Numbered from the stretch's first letter, positions 28,886-39,903 are shown. The stretch is 64,000 bases of DNA from Patescibacteria group bacterium (GCA_023484045.1 JAMDAA010000018.1:4-64003), one strand, 5' to 3'. The notes: generated by a model from the letters alone, not told the origin. Translations and numbers: made by a program.

Positions 28886-29920
28886 ATGAAAAAATCAAAC
28901 ATGTATGAAAAATTATTGTCCAGGGATTTTTCTCTTCCTTCAGTTGAAGCATGGGTTAATGGCGAAGTAGCAAGTGCCAAGAAGTGGATGAAAAACGAAC
29001 AGTCATTACTTCCATACATTATTGCTGAAAGATCTGATAATACTGTCCATTTTTATTATGATTTAGGAGGACCCATTTCGCTCCCAGGCTATTTGATTAA
29101 ACGAGCTCGAGAAGATAAGGCTTTCATTCCCCAAATTGCAAAAACTGTTGTAAGCAATATACCTTTTATTAGGTCTGTCTACGAAAAAGAACAAGCGGTT
29201 GACTTGGATCAATTAAAAAGATTTATGAGACAACTTAAAGAAGCATACTTCTATTGTAATGCAATGTGGCTATTTGCTGACATGGACGAAGATAAGGTTA
29301 AAGGATTAAATTTGGAAAGGTTAAATACAGTAAGAAAGATGACAGAAAGATTATGCGACAGTTCCGATATGGTTATTCGGAAATCCCTTCTCAAGATATA
29401 TCCGCAACTTGGAGAGCTATCTTCAGTTTTACTGACTGATGAAATCGACTCAAGAACTGTTCCAACAGTAAAAATACTTGAGGGCCGATATAACGGTTAT
29501 TTCTATACGAATAATCAATTATTTGCAAGTGTTGATAAGTCATTTGTTTCAAAAAAGTTTCGTCTTCATTTCAAGAATATAAAAGTTAAAAAAACAAAAG
29601 AACTTAAAGGGAACGTTGCTCAACGGGGAATAGCGAAAGGATTTGTCCGAATACTTATGGGACACCGACAAATTACTGAAGTTCAAAAAGGCGAGATAAT
29701 TATTTCACCAATGACAATACCCGACTTTTTACCGGCCATGAAAAAAGCCTCGGCATTTGTAACAGATGAGGGTGGAATCCTTTGTCACGCCGCAATTGTT
29801 GCCAGAGAACTTCGAAAACCATGCATAGTAGGAACACGAATTGCCACTGAAGTTTTCAAAAATGGCGATTATGTAGAAGTAGACGCTTATAGAGGAATTA
29901 TAAAACTAATCGAACATTAG
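28886..29920 (+). CDS. PEP-utilising enzyme mobile (phospho-His swivel) domain protein
   Basis: C-terminal MT.PDFLPAMKKA.AFVTDEGGILCHAAIVAREL.KPCIVGT. Confidence 0.88.
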   Translation: MKKSNMYEKLLSRDFSLPSVEAWVNGEVASAKKWMKNEQSLLPYIIAERSDNTVHFYYDLGGPISLPGYLIKRAREDKAFIPQIAKTVVSNIPFIRSVYEKEQAVDLDQLKRFMRQLKEAYFYCNAMWLFADMDEDKVKGLNLERLNTVRKMTERLCDSSDMVIRKSLLKIYPQLGELSSVLLTDEIDSRTVPTVKILEGRYNGYFYTNNQLFASVDKSFVSKKFRLHFKNIKVKKTKELKGNVAQRGIAKGFVRILMGHRQITEVQKGEIIISPMTIPDFLPAMKKASAFVTDEGGILCHAAIVARELRKPCIVGTRIATEVFKNGDYVEVDAYRGIIKLIEH

Positions 29921-29926
29921 ACTGGT

Positions 29927-32130
<2,204 letters not shown>

Positions 32131-32166
32131 AAAAAAGTGTCGACATGTGCATTATTATATCAAATG

Positions 32167-32238
32167 TGGGTACTGAGGGATTTGAACCCCCGACATCTTC
32201 GATGTAAACGAAGCGCTCTACCACTGAGCTAAGTACCC
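32167..32238 (-). tRNA. tRNA-Val(TAC)
   Basis: Acceptor GGGTACT/AGTACCC; anticodon arm CTTCG-TTTACAT-CGAAG. Confidence 0.95.
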
Positions 32239-32244
32239 CAAACA

Positions 32245-32267
32245 GAATGGGTGCGGACGAGAGGACT
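32245..32267 (-). repeat. 23-bp duplicate of the tRNA-Leu(GAG) 3' end
   Basis: GAATGGGTGCGGACGAGAGGACT is identical to 32348-32370; palindromic elements lie between the copies. Confidence 0.85.
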
Positions 32268-32354
32268 TTCTTCGACTTCGCTCAGAATAAACTTCTCGTC
32301 CTCTCTTATCCTTCCGTTCAACAAACTCAAGCAACCCTGAGCTCGCCGAATGGG

Positions 32355-32438
32355 TGCGGACGAGAGGACTCGAACCTCCACGCTTTTTAGGGCACAGCCA
32401 CCTCAAGGCTGCGTGTATACCAGTTTCACCACGTCCGC
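32355..32438 (-). tRNA. tRNA-Leu(GAG)
   Basis: Acceptor GCGGACG/CGTCCGC; anticodon arm CAGCC-TTGAGGT-GGCTG; long variable arm. Confidence 0.95.
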
Positions 32439-32523
32439 ATGTAAACATTATATCAAAAAAGAGACAAGAAAATAATTATTTAGCATTTAGCGTCAGTCAC
32501 ATTGCTTCACTTATTTCATATTT

Positions 32524-32537
32524 CACCCCTGGGGTGA
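32524..32537. repeat. REP-like palindrome CACCCCTGGGGTG
   Basis: Flanks the second RAYT; inverted mate CACCCCAGGGGTG at ~33288-33300. Confidence 0.65.
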
Positions 32538-32578
32538 TCTAGCTTGGCACCCCAGCAAGGATTTTATATTTTAGATAT

Positions 32579-33244
32579 TTATTCAATAATCATTTTTTTT
32601 ATTAAACCAAGATTTCTTTGATAATCGACTTGATCAGCAACAAACTCAAAATATTTTTCTTTAGATTTGAACATACCGAGTAAAAAATCGGAGAAAACAA
32701 ACCTGTTAATGTTTACGTCTACATACCAAGAAAGTGAACTCCAAGGATAAGAAGCTAAGTATTTAAATTCGATAAGAAAAGAGGTAACAGGGTTTAAATG
32801 GATATATCGGGAAAGATGCAAAAATTCTTCATCGGTTTCTACCCATCTTGCTTTAAAAGAGTTTTCGAACAAAGTACCATGACGACCGTTTATTAGATTA
32901 TGGTTTTTGGCAAAACTGTTTTGAAAATTTGAAACAAACCTTAAAATACCACTATCTTGAAGTTGTTTAAGAAGAAAGTGGTAATGGTTAGGCATCAAAA
33001 CAAAAGCATAAATTTCAACTAAAGGGGTTTTACCCTTAATATTTATTGCATATTCTTCCCTAAGATTTCTTGGGAGTGTTTTAAATTTTGAATATCTTAA
33101 TTCTTGAGAAAAACGATAGTAGTCAATAATATCAAGAGCTTTATTTAAGGCTTTTTTATTAGCAAAAATTTCTTCCTTGCCAACTGAACGATTAAACACA
33201 TGGTATATTTCATTTGATGCGAAAATGAGATTTCTTCGAGGCAT
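32579..33244 (-). mobile_element. REP-associated tyrosine transposase (RAYT / Y1 HUH), second paralogue
   Basis: Motifs YHVFNRS, FVLMPNHYH, GTLFENSFKA, YIHLNPV and YPWSS. Confidence 0.92.
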
Positions 33245-33322
33245 AAAATAAATTTATTATGAATTTCCTGGAGTGTCAATAGTCAAACACCCCAGGGGTG
33301 TCTTTGTCTTTATCTTATCTAG

Positions 33323-33406
33323 TGCCGAGAGAGGGATTCGAACCCTCAATCCGTTACCGGAACACGGCCCTGAACCGTGCGCGTCTACCAGTTTCGCCAT
33401 CTCGGC
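33323..33406 (-). tRNA. tRNA-Leu(CAG)
   Basis: Acceptor GCCGAGA/TCTCGGC; anticodon arm CACGG-TTCAGGG-CCGTG; variable arm TCCG-GTAA-CGGA. Confidence 0.95.
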
Positions 33407-33418
33407 AAGGCAAGGCGG

Positions 33419-33442
33419 GTCTGCCAATTCCAGCACCAAAGC
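33419..33442 (-). pseudogene. 5' fragment of a different tRNA-Leu-like allele
   Basis: GCTTTGGTGCTGGAATTGGCAGAC (acceptor 5' strand plus D arm), then CCGCCTTGCC, then the intact tRNA. Confidence 0.6.
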
Positions 33443-33517
33443 ATGTTATTCTTACTTGATTGTATCAAATGCGCACAAAACTTGACAACATTTTTAAAAT
33501 ATGCAACATTTAAAGCA

Positions 33518-34120
33518 ATGCGAAAGTTAATCCTAACTACGGTTTTTTTTGTGGGATGCTTTTTGTTTTTGGCATTTAATATCGTTTTATTGTCTTACCT
33601 CAAATATCATAAGCAAACGATTTCGATCCCGCTTTTCTCATCGACATCTGCACAAACGGTTGCTTACGCCGCGCTTCCGACGGCCCAAAACAATTTCAGT
33701 GATGAAATAACTCAAGAAGACGCGAGGGTCGAAAAAATCAGAGAATTTTTAGTAAAATATAAATCGCCGCTTGCTCCATACGCCGAAAAAATCGTTAATG
33801 AAGCCGACAAAAATAATATCGATCACAGACTGCTGCCCGCGATCGCGATGCAGGAATCTAATCTCTGTGTAAAAGCCCCGAAAGATTCATACAATTGCTG
33901 GGGGTTCGGAATATACGAAAAAAAAGTAACGAGGTTTTCCGGCTTTGAAGAGGCGATCGAAACAGTAACTAAAACGCTTGCCCGCGACTACATAAACCAA
34001 GGATTGCAAACACCCGAGGACATACAAAAAAAATACACTCCTTCGAACAATGGAGATTGGGCAAAATCGGTAAATCACTTCATGGCTAGCCTCGATTTAA
34101 CCCTACCTTCGACCTTATAG
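33518..34120 (+). CDS. Membrane-anchored glucosaminidase/lysozyme-like peptidoglycan hydrolase
   Basis: Y.SPL..YA..IV..AD...ID.RLL.AIAMQES...NCWGFG...KYTP...W...V. Confidence 0.8.
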   Translation: MRKLILTTVFFVGCFLFLAFNIVLLSYLKYHKQTISIPLFSSTSAQTVAYAALPTAQNNFSDEITQEDARVEKIREFLVKYKSPLAPYAEKIVNEADKNNIDHRLLPAIAMQESNLCVKAPKDSYNCWGFGIYEKKVTRFSGFEEAIETVTKTLARDYINQGLQTPEDIQKKYTPSNNGDWAKSVNHFMASLDLTLPSTL

Positions 34121-34128
34121 CCTTTGAC

Positions 34129-34157
34129 TTGACAAACCTATAGTTGCTTGATATAAT
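34129..34157 (+). promoter_or_regulatory. Consensus sigma70 promoter
   Basis: TTGACA, 17-bp spacer, TATAAT; followed by a leader hairpin at ~34167-34211. Confidence 0.8.
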
Positions 34158-34241
34158 ACCCCACAGATCCTAAGGTATGTCGCTAAAACCGCCATACGTT
34201 AGGATTTTTTTATGGCCCAGCAATTTGCTGGACAAAAATTT

Positions 34242-34790
34242 ATGAAAAGAATATTACTTATAGTAATGTCCTTAATAATCCTTTCACTTCCCCAAAAAAT
34301 ATACGCTGATCAAATCCCCGCTAAATCCACATCTGCTAACCTTATAACAACTCAAGTAAAAATTGAGAAAGACAATCGTGTGGCGATTTTAAAAGAATTC
34401 TTGGAAACATACAATTCTCCGCTTGCCGAAAACTCTGAGGATTTTGTTAAGTCGGCGGATAAATACGATATCGACTGGAAATTGGTCGCGGCGATATCGG
34501 GTGTTGAATCGACGTTTGGTAAGCAAATTCCCAATAATTCCTATAACGGTTGGGGGTGGGGAGTTTATGGAGATAACGTAATTTACTTTAAGTCGTGGAG
34601 TGACGCGATCGAAACGATCTCAAAAGGACTTAGAGAAAACTATATAGACCGCGGCGCGACAAATATTTATGCGATCGGACGAATCTACGCCGCGTCACAA
34701 ACGTGGGCGCAAAGGGTCGAATATTTTATGAACCGGATCAAAGACTATGAGCTAAGAAATCCGGAAGATACTCTTTCGCTCTCGATCTGA
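34242..34790 (+). CDS. Secreted glucosaminidase/lysozyme-like protein, paralogue of the upstream gene
   Basis: YNSPL...FV..AD.Y.IDW.LV.AISGVES.FG...NGWGWG; alternative ATG at 34212. Confidence 0.8.
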   Translation: MKRILLIVMSLIILSLPQKIYADQIPAKSTSANLITTQVKIEKDNRVAILKEFLETYNSPLAENSEDFVKSADKYDIDWKLVAAISGVESTFGKQIPNNSYNGWGWGVYGDNVIYFKSWSDAIETISKGLRENYIDRGATNIYAIGRIYAASQTWAQRVEYFMNRIKDYELRNPEDTLSLSI

Positions 34791-34852
34791 ATAAGATATA
34801 ATAAGCTTTGGAGAGGCGGGTGTCTCGATGTAATATCGGGATGGGCGGTCTC

Positions 34853-34936
34853 GCCCAGGTGGCGAAATTGGTAGACGCGATAGGTTTAGGACCTATTGTC
34901 CATAAGGACTTGGGAGTTCGAGTCTCCCCTTGGGCA
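34853..34936 (+). tRNA. tRNA-Leu(TAG)
   Basis: Acceptor GCCCAGG/CTTGGGC; anticodon arm ATAGG-TTTAGGA-CCTAT; long variable arm. Confidence 0.93.
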
Positions 34937-35023
34937 CAGTCCTCCCTGTCCTCCGAAGCCTCTCGCCACGCGAAGCCTTGGCGAAGTGCGGTGGCGAAGG
35001 AGGATCCCGGCTACTCGAAATTT

Positions 35024-35896
35024 ATGATATCAGCAATCGAAAAATTACAAGACGGAACAATAAAACTGACTCTTACGATCCCTTTTTCTGACGTTACCAA
35101 GACAAAAGAAGAAGTGATCGGTTTATTTGTTGCAGAATCCGAACTACCGGGGTTTAGAAAAGGAAAAGCTCCAAAAAAGCTCGTCGAGGAAAAAATCGAC
35201 CAAGAAAAAGTTCGGGAAGAAATTCTAAAACGATTATTACCAAAGGCTTATTCAGAAGCAGTCAAAGATCACAATTTGAGACCGATTATCAATCCGCAAA
35301 TACATATTCATCAGATTGAAGAGAGTAAAGACTGGATCTTTGTTGCGCTAACCTGCGAAGCTCCGGAAATAAATTTAGGCAATTATAAAGACGAAATTAA
35401 AAAATTAACTGCTAAAAGTAAAATTATTGTTCCGGACAGAGAACCCTTCGACAAGCTCAGGGCAAGACCCTTCGACAAAGCTCAGGGCAAGCAGGAAGTA
35501 AATTTCGACGAAATCGTAAAAGAACTTTTGACAAACGCAACCGTTAAAATCCCAAAAATTATTGTCGATCAGGAGACCGACAGACTACTTGCACAAACTC
35601 TGGATGAAGTAAAAAAACTCGGTTTAACTCTTGAACAATATCTCTCTTCAACCCAAAGAACTCCGCAGGACTTAAGAGCAGAATACGTGAAAAAAGCCGA
35701 AGACGATATAAAACTCGAGTTTGTTCTTCAAAAAGTAGCACAGGATGAAAAAATATCGGTTTCGGAAAAAGAAATCGATGAGGCGATCCAAAAGGCAAAA
35801 GACGAAAACGAGCGAAAAAATCTTGAAGCAAACAGATATTTACTCGCAAGTATTTTAAGACAGCAAAAAACACTTGATTTCCTAAGGAATTTGTGA
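35024..35896 (+). CDS. tig: Trigger factor, short form without the FKBP domain, with an in-frame tandem palindrome insertion
   Basis: Ribosome-binding motif LPGFRKGKAP and C-terminal SurA-like domain. Confidence 0.9.
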   Translation: MISAIEKLQDGTIKLTLTIPFSDVTKTKEEVIGLFVAESELPGFRKGKAPKKLVEEKIDQEKVREEILKRLLPKAYSEAVKDHNLRPIINPQIHIHQIEESKDWIFVALTCEAPEINLGNYKDEIKKLTAKSKIIVPDREPFDKLRARPFDKAQGKQEVNFDEIVKELLTNATVKIPKIIVDQETDRLLAQTLDEVKKLGLTLEQYLSSTQRTPQDLRAEYVKKAEDDIKLEFVLQKVAQDEKISVSEKEIDEAIQKAKDENERKNLEANRYLLASILRQQKTLDFLRNL

Positions 35897-35912
35897 TAGG
35901 TTTGAGGCTAAC

Positions 35913-36560
35913 ATGAAAGCCAGAAAAGATAAGGCACACTCAAAGCAACTTTTAAACCAGAACCTCATCGAAGCAGGAAGAGACCTCGGCGACGATGTCG
36001 CAAAAACGATGTTTAGTGATCTTGCCCTCGGATCGGCATCTGACGCCTGGGAACAGTTTTTCGGAAGCGGAAAATCCGAAAAGGACAACAAACAATTAAG
36101 CGGAGACCTCTCGGAAGGAGAAGAATTAAATCTTAAAAAGACAAAAGAGCCCAAAAAAACCGTTCGGCCCGATATTTTACCAAACATCGATTACCGGCGC
36201 GAAATTATCCACGCGGAAACACTCGGACAAAACGAAGTAAGCCGCGAGATTACTGTTAAAATTCAGGAAATCAGGGTAGAAATCCAAAAACTCACTCAGA
36301 CTTCTAAAGAACTTCAAGTGCAATTTAAAGATGTTGTAGTTGCCCAGCTTCCAAAAAAAGCCGGAAAATACCATTTATTCTTTTTCGAGTGGGTATTGTC
36401 TGCGATAAAAATCGCGCGACAAAAGGTTGAAGAATCACAATCTTGGCTCAATACTTTCCAAAATAAAAAATCCAAGAGAAATTACTGGGCGATGGAGAAA
36501 AAACACGGCACAAGCTTCAGTCTTTCAAACGAGCGTGTTGTCTCAACGCAGACAGGATAA
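35913..36560 (+). CDS. CPR-type conserved protein (DUF5660-like)
   Basis: C-terminal GKYHL.FFEW...AR.KVEES..WL...YW...KKHGT.F.LS.ER. Confidence 0.7.
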   Translation: MKARKDKAHSKQLLNQNLIEAGRDLGDDVAKTMFSDLALGSASDAWEQFFGSGKSEKDNKQLSGDLSEGEELNLKKTKEPKKTVRPDILPNIDYRREIIHAETLGQNEVSREITVKIQEIRVEIQKLTQTSKELQVQFKDVVVAQLPKKAGKYHLFFFEWVLSAIKIARQKVEESQSWLNTFQNKKSKRNYWAMEKKHGTSFSLSNERVVSTQTG

Positions 36561-36562
36561 CT

Positions 36563-36850
36563 ATGTCTATTGCCGAACAACCAAATCTGAAAGGTTCATT
36601 CGAAGCCGCCCGACCCACAGCGATTCAGAAAGAACGAAGTCTCGAAGTGCTAAGTTTCTGCAGAGAATTGGAACAGAAAGGACTCTGTATTATCGTGGAA
36701 GGAGATCACGAGTACTGCCGACAAATGACTGGAAAGATAGGAACTAATGGAAAACAAGAAACTATTCTGACAGGAGGAATATTTTTACCAGGCGAGCTGA
36801 CAGACGAGACAACAAGAACCGTAATTTTTAGAAAGATCTTTGACTTTTAA
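36563..36850 (+). CDS. Hypothetical protein
   Basis: 95-aa ORF 2 bp after the previous gene. Confidence 0.55.
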   Translation: MSIAEQPNLKGSFEAARPTAIQKERSLEVLSFCRELEQKGLCIIVEGDHEYCRQMTGKIGTNGKQETILTGGIFLPGELTDETTRTVIFRKIFDF

Positions 36851-36874
36851 CAAAATAGTTTTATAATTAAAAAA

Positions 36875-37006
36875 ATGAACAAATCTTTACTTATCCTTAA
36901 CCTTATTGTCCTTATCCGGGACGGTATTGGTTTGGGAGAGCAAAGATGACCTGAACAAACTTAAATAGAAAAAAAATAATCTCCCAAACCGAGGGAGATT
37001 TTTTTA
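36875..37006 (+). promoter_or_regulatory. Leu/Ile-rich leader peptide (36875-36949) with attenuator
   Basis: MNKSLLILNLIVLIRDGIGLGEQR*; GGTTTGGGAGA can pair with TCTCCCAAACC; terminator AATCTCCC-N7-GGGAGATT followed by a T run. Confidence 0.75.
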
Positions 37007-37048
37007 TGGTTCGGCAGGCTCACCATAAATCGGAAAGGGGGTGAAAAT

Positions 37049-37255
37049 ATGAGCTGTGAGATGAGAAATTTGCAAAGAGGATTACAGCAAAATAAAGAAA
37101 CATTGACACGATTACAATCAAAAATAGTATTCTTAAAGATGACTAGACAAAAGGGTGATCAAGAATATGGAGAAACGTTGCGTGCTTTAAGAAAAGCGGC
37201 AAAAAGTCAAAAACATACCCGAAGAGAGTACCATTCTCGAGCCGGTAGGTATTAA
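37049..37255 (+). CDS. Hypothetical small basic protein
   Basis: Strong SD AAGGGGGTGA upstream of the ATG. Confidence 0.55.
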   Translation: MSCEMRNLQRGLQQNKETLTRLQSKIVFLKMTRQKGDQEYGETLRALRKAAKSQKHTRREYHSRAGRY

Positions 37256-37293
37256 ACACAAAAAGTTAATTTATGATAAAATACTGAATTTAT

Positions 37294-37854
37294 ATGGTTG
37301 AAGCAGATCTGATTGAGCTATCATGTCAACCCGAACGTAGGGTTTTAATAGGAAGAGACGACTATGCAGTAGTTCCTGTATTAAGTGACCAAGCAAATGC
37401 TTTTTTGCTTGAGTCACAAGAAAGAATTGCTTTGGTAAAAAAACATGCTCGCGCATTAGAATTTAAATTTAATAATAATTCTGCCGAAGACTTGCACAAC
37501 CAGTTTCGGGGAGGACGCCCGAAATCAGCCTATTTTACATTGCTTGACGGAAGACTTATTGTCGAGTGGGGAGAAATTAGCGCAGACGGCAATGCAAAAC
37601 TCCACGATTATTTAAATCGCAACCTTGATTACAATAGAAGGGTAAAATCGGGCGGAGTATTGCGATCAGGTCACATAGGAGCTATTCACTTCAGGAAATG
37701 TCCGGCAGAAATTAGACTTGCGCTTATCGATTCTCTTTGGAGCGGACAACAAATCGTAGAATCTTCTCCGGAATATAAAATTACCACAACGCTCTTACAT
37801 AATGGAATTTTACCTATAACTACGGATGCTATCCCCGCAATCCCGTCTGAATAA
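37294..37854 (+). CDS. Hypothetical protein
   Basis: 186-aa ORF; no motif recognised. Confidence 0.6.
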   Translation: MVEADLIELSCQPERRVLIGRDDYAVVPVLSDQANAFLLESQERIALVKKHARALEFKFNNNSAEDLHNQFRGGRPKSAYFTLLDGRLIVEWGEISADGNAKLHDYLNRNLDYNRRVKSGGVLRSGHIGAIHFRKCPAEIRLALIDSLWSGQQIVESSPEYKITTTLLHNGILPITTDAIPAIPSE

Positions 37855-37932
37855 TTGTTTTATCAGCCTCGATCTGCTAAAATTTAACTCAGAGTGAGGA
37901 GGATCGAAGATCCTGAGTAACGAAGTTGTGAT

Positions 37933-37991
37933 GGACTCTTAGCTCAGTTGGTTAGAGCGGTCGCCTTAGGCGACAGGTCGCAGGTTCGAAT
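37933..37991 (+). pseudogene. tRNA-Val-like copy with the anticodon arm replaced by a palindrome and the 3' end lost
   Basis: GGACTCTTAGCTCAGTTGGTTAGAGCG-GTCGCCTTAGGCGAC-AGGTCGCAGGTTCGAAT. Confidence 0.8.
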
Positions 37992-38000
37992 AGTACATAA

Positions 38001-38246
38001 ATGTGGTACGTATATGTTTTGAAAAGTATAGTAAATTCGAGATTTTATACAGGATCAACAAATAACTTGGAAAGAAGATTAAAAGAACATAATTCAGGGC
38101 ATAGTAAATATACAAGGTTAACTAAACCTTTTGAAATTATATACCAAGAAACTTACAAAAAGAGACTTGAGGCACGGAGGAGAGAATTATTTTTAAAAAC
38201 TGGTAAGGGAAGAGAGTTATTGAAAAGTTTAATCATGGACTCTTAG
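38001..38246 (+). CDS. Small GIY-YIG nuclease
   Basis: YVYVLKS...FYTGST.NL.RRL.EHN.G.S.YT...P...Y.E...A..RE..LKTG.GR; its stop codon lies inside the tRNA-Val 5' end. Confidence 0.93.
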   Translation: MWYVYVLKSIVNSRFYTGSTNNLERRLKEHNSGHSKYTRLTKPFEIIYQETYKKRLEARRRELFLKTGKGRELLKSLIMDS

Positions 38247-38310
38247 CTCAGTTGGTTAGAGCGCGTCGTTGACATCGACGAGGTCGCAGGTTCGAATCCT
38301 ACAGAGTCCA
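38237..38310 (+). tRNA. tRNA-Val(GAC)
   Basis: Acceptor GGACTCT/AGAGTCC; anticodon arm CGTCG-TTGACAT-CGACG; one T-stem mismatch. Confidence 0.92.
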
Positions 38311-38377
38311 CTTAGCTAAGTTTGTTAGAGCGGTCGCCTTAGGCGACAGGTCACAAGTTCGACTCTTGTCGAGCCCA
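38311..38377 (+). pseudogene. Second degenerate tRNA-Val-like allele with the same palindromic anticodon-arm replacement
   Basis: CTTAGCTAAGTTTGTTAGAGCG-GTCGCCTTAGGCGAC-AGGTCACAAGTTCGACTCTTGTCGAGCCCA; different T arm and acceptor 3' strand. Confidence 0.78.
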
Positions 38378-38671
38378 CTTGTTTTATTGCTCTATCTTAA
38401 AGCACGATCGCAAGGACACCTCGGAGTGTAGTGTAAAGAGTGAATGCAAAAATCCACGACGAAGAATGGTAGCGTCCTAAAAATAATACTATAGTCCGAT
38501 TATTTTTAATCCATTATTATCCATTTTGTCATTCTTGACAGTTATTGAAGATCTTAATTTATAATCTTTGTGCATCTTCTGAAACTGCCCACTCAGAGGA
38601 ATCGTTTCCGAATTAAATTTTAATTATGAGTATACCTGCCCTTAAAATACGCTTGTATTGTAATAAAATCG

Positions 38672-38704
38672 AACCAGCCTCTAGAAAAATGGGCTGGTTT
38701 TTTT
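38672..38704 (+). terminator. Terminator-like hairpin in the leader of the TasA-like gene
   Basis: AACCAGCC...GGCTGGTT followed by a T run. Confidence 0.6.
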
Positions 38705-38741
38705 GATAAAAATATTTAAAAGATAGGAGGTGAAAAATAAA

Positions 38742-39293
38742 ATGAATAGAAAAATCGCGATGAGTATGATGTCTATTTTTTCAGTATTAACGCTTATGAG
38801 CGGAGCAGCATACGCAGCTTTTAGCTCGACTGCTTCTAATAATGGTAATACATTTGGAGCCGGAAGTATTTCGCTCACAATCAATGGCTCATCTGGTTCA
38901 GGTTCATCGCCGGTATTTAATGTTCCAGGTGCTGCACCGGGCCAAATATTTACTCAACCAATTATTTTGGCAAATGCTGGTTCTGATGCATCTAATAAGA
39001 CAAAGCTGGTAAATATTAATCATGGAACGGGAACAAGTCCTGATCTAGGAAACAAGCTAACATTACAGATATACGACGACGTGGATGGTAATGGAATACT
39101 TGATGGATCGGATCCGTTAAGAGGAAGTGCACATGTAACAGATGGTGCATGGAGCAATATCGATCTTGGATTTGGATTATCAGCTGGCGGAGCTCACAGA
39201 ATATTCGCAGTAATTACATTTGATAGTGATGCAGACAATACGTATCAAGGAGCGAATTCAAACTTTAATCTAAATTTCGAGACAAGCCAATAA
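38742..39293 (+). CDS. TasA/CalY (camelysin)-like SipW-dependent secreted protein
   Basis: SipW-type signal ..GAAYAAFSSTA...NTFGAGSI.L; APG...I.L.N.GS; C-terminal ADNTYQG...F.L.F...Q. Confidence 0.85.
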   Translation: MNRKIAMSMMSIFSVLTLMSGAAYAAFSSTASNNGNTFGAGSISLTINGSSGSGSSPVFNVPGAAPGQIFTQPIILANAGSDASNKTKLVNINHGTGTSPDLGNKLTLQIYDDVDGNGILDGSDPLRGSAHVTDGAWSNIDLGFGLSAGGAHRIFAVITFDSDADNTYQGANSNFNLNFETSQ

Positions 39294-39306
39294 GCATTGA
39301 CAGGAA

Positions 39307-39344
39307 TACCGGTAGCGGGAAATTGCATCCTCTCGTTACCGGTA
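39307..39344 (+). terminator. Intergenic hairpin after the tasA-like gene
   Basis: TACCGGTAGCGGGA...TCTCGTTACCGGTA. Confidence 0.55.
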
Positions 39345-39363
39345 GAAAAGGAGAATTTAAAAT

Positions 39364-39903
39364 ATGAAAATAATAAAAATAGTTCAAAATATATTAATAG
39401 TATTAGTTCTTGTAATCCTTCCTCTAATATTTTTTATTTTAATAACTTCTAAATGGCCAATTATTTTGGGGATTCGCTCTTACACTGTCTTAACCGGCAG
39501 TATGCAACCTTCTATTCCAATTGGAGCGATTGTGTTCACAAAACCTACTGACTACAAAATAGGCGATATAATCTCGTTTCAAAGAAATAGCATCGTTGTC
39601 ACTCATAGAGTAGTTAATGTTCTAGAAAAACAAAATAATAAAATATCTTATCGAACAAAAGGTGATGCGAATGACTCAAAAGATAGTGAATTAGTTTCAA
39701 ATTCTCTAGTCGTCGGAAAAGTCATGTTTACACTACCTTTTCTAGGCAGATTTATTTCTTATCTAAAAACTGTGCCTGGATTTATAATATTTATTGTTTT
39801 ACCAACTATCATATTTGTTGGATTCGAGTTGTATGAAATTAAAAAAGAATTCGAAAAACAGATCGAGAAAAAACTTCTTAAAAAATTGCAAGGGAATATA
39901 TGA
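39364..39903 (+). CDS. sipW: Signal peptidase I, SipW (ER-type, S26B)
   Basis: Motifs VLTGSMQP, GDII.F, VTHRV (Ser-His dyad), TKGDAN and GKV...P.LG. Confidence 0.9.
   Translation: MKIIKIVQNILIVLVLVILPLIFFILITSKWPIILGIRSYTVLTGSMQPSIPIGAIVFTKPTDYKIGDIISFQRNSIVVTHRVVNVLEKQNNKISYRTKGDANDSKDSELVSNSLVVGKVMFTLPFLGRFISYLKTVPGFIIFIVLPTIIFVGFELYEIKKEFEKQIEKKLLKKLQGNI

Noticed and set aside
33377-33517. N-terminal extension of the glucosaminidase-like ORF
   Set aside because: It overlaps tRNA-Leu(CAG) on the opposite strand; the ATG at 33518 precedes the signal anchor.
34808-35023. Long N-terminal extension of trigger factor
   Set aside because: It spans tRNA-Leu(TAG) and palindromic elements; the ATG at 35024 gives the normal start.
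37960-37974. Possible ochre-suppressor tRNA (TTA at the centre of GTCGCCTTAGGCGAC)
   Set aside because: The arm is a 6-bp palindrome with a 3-nt loop and no U33, and both copies lack a complete acceptor stem.
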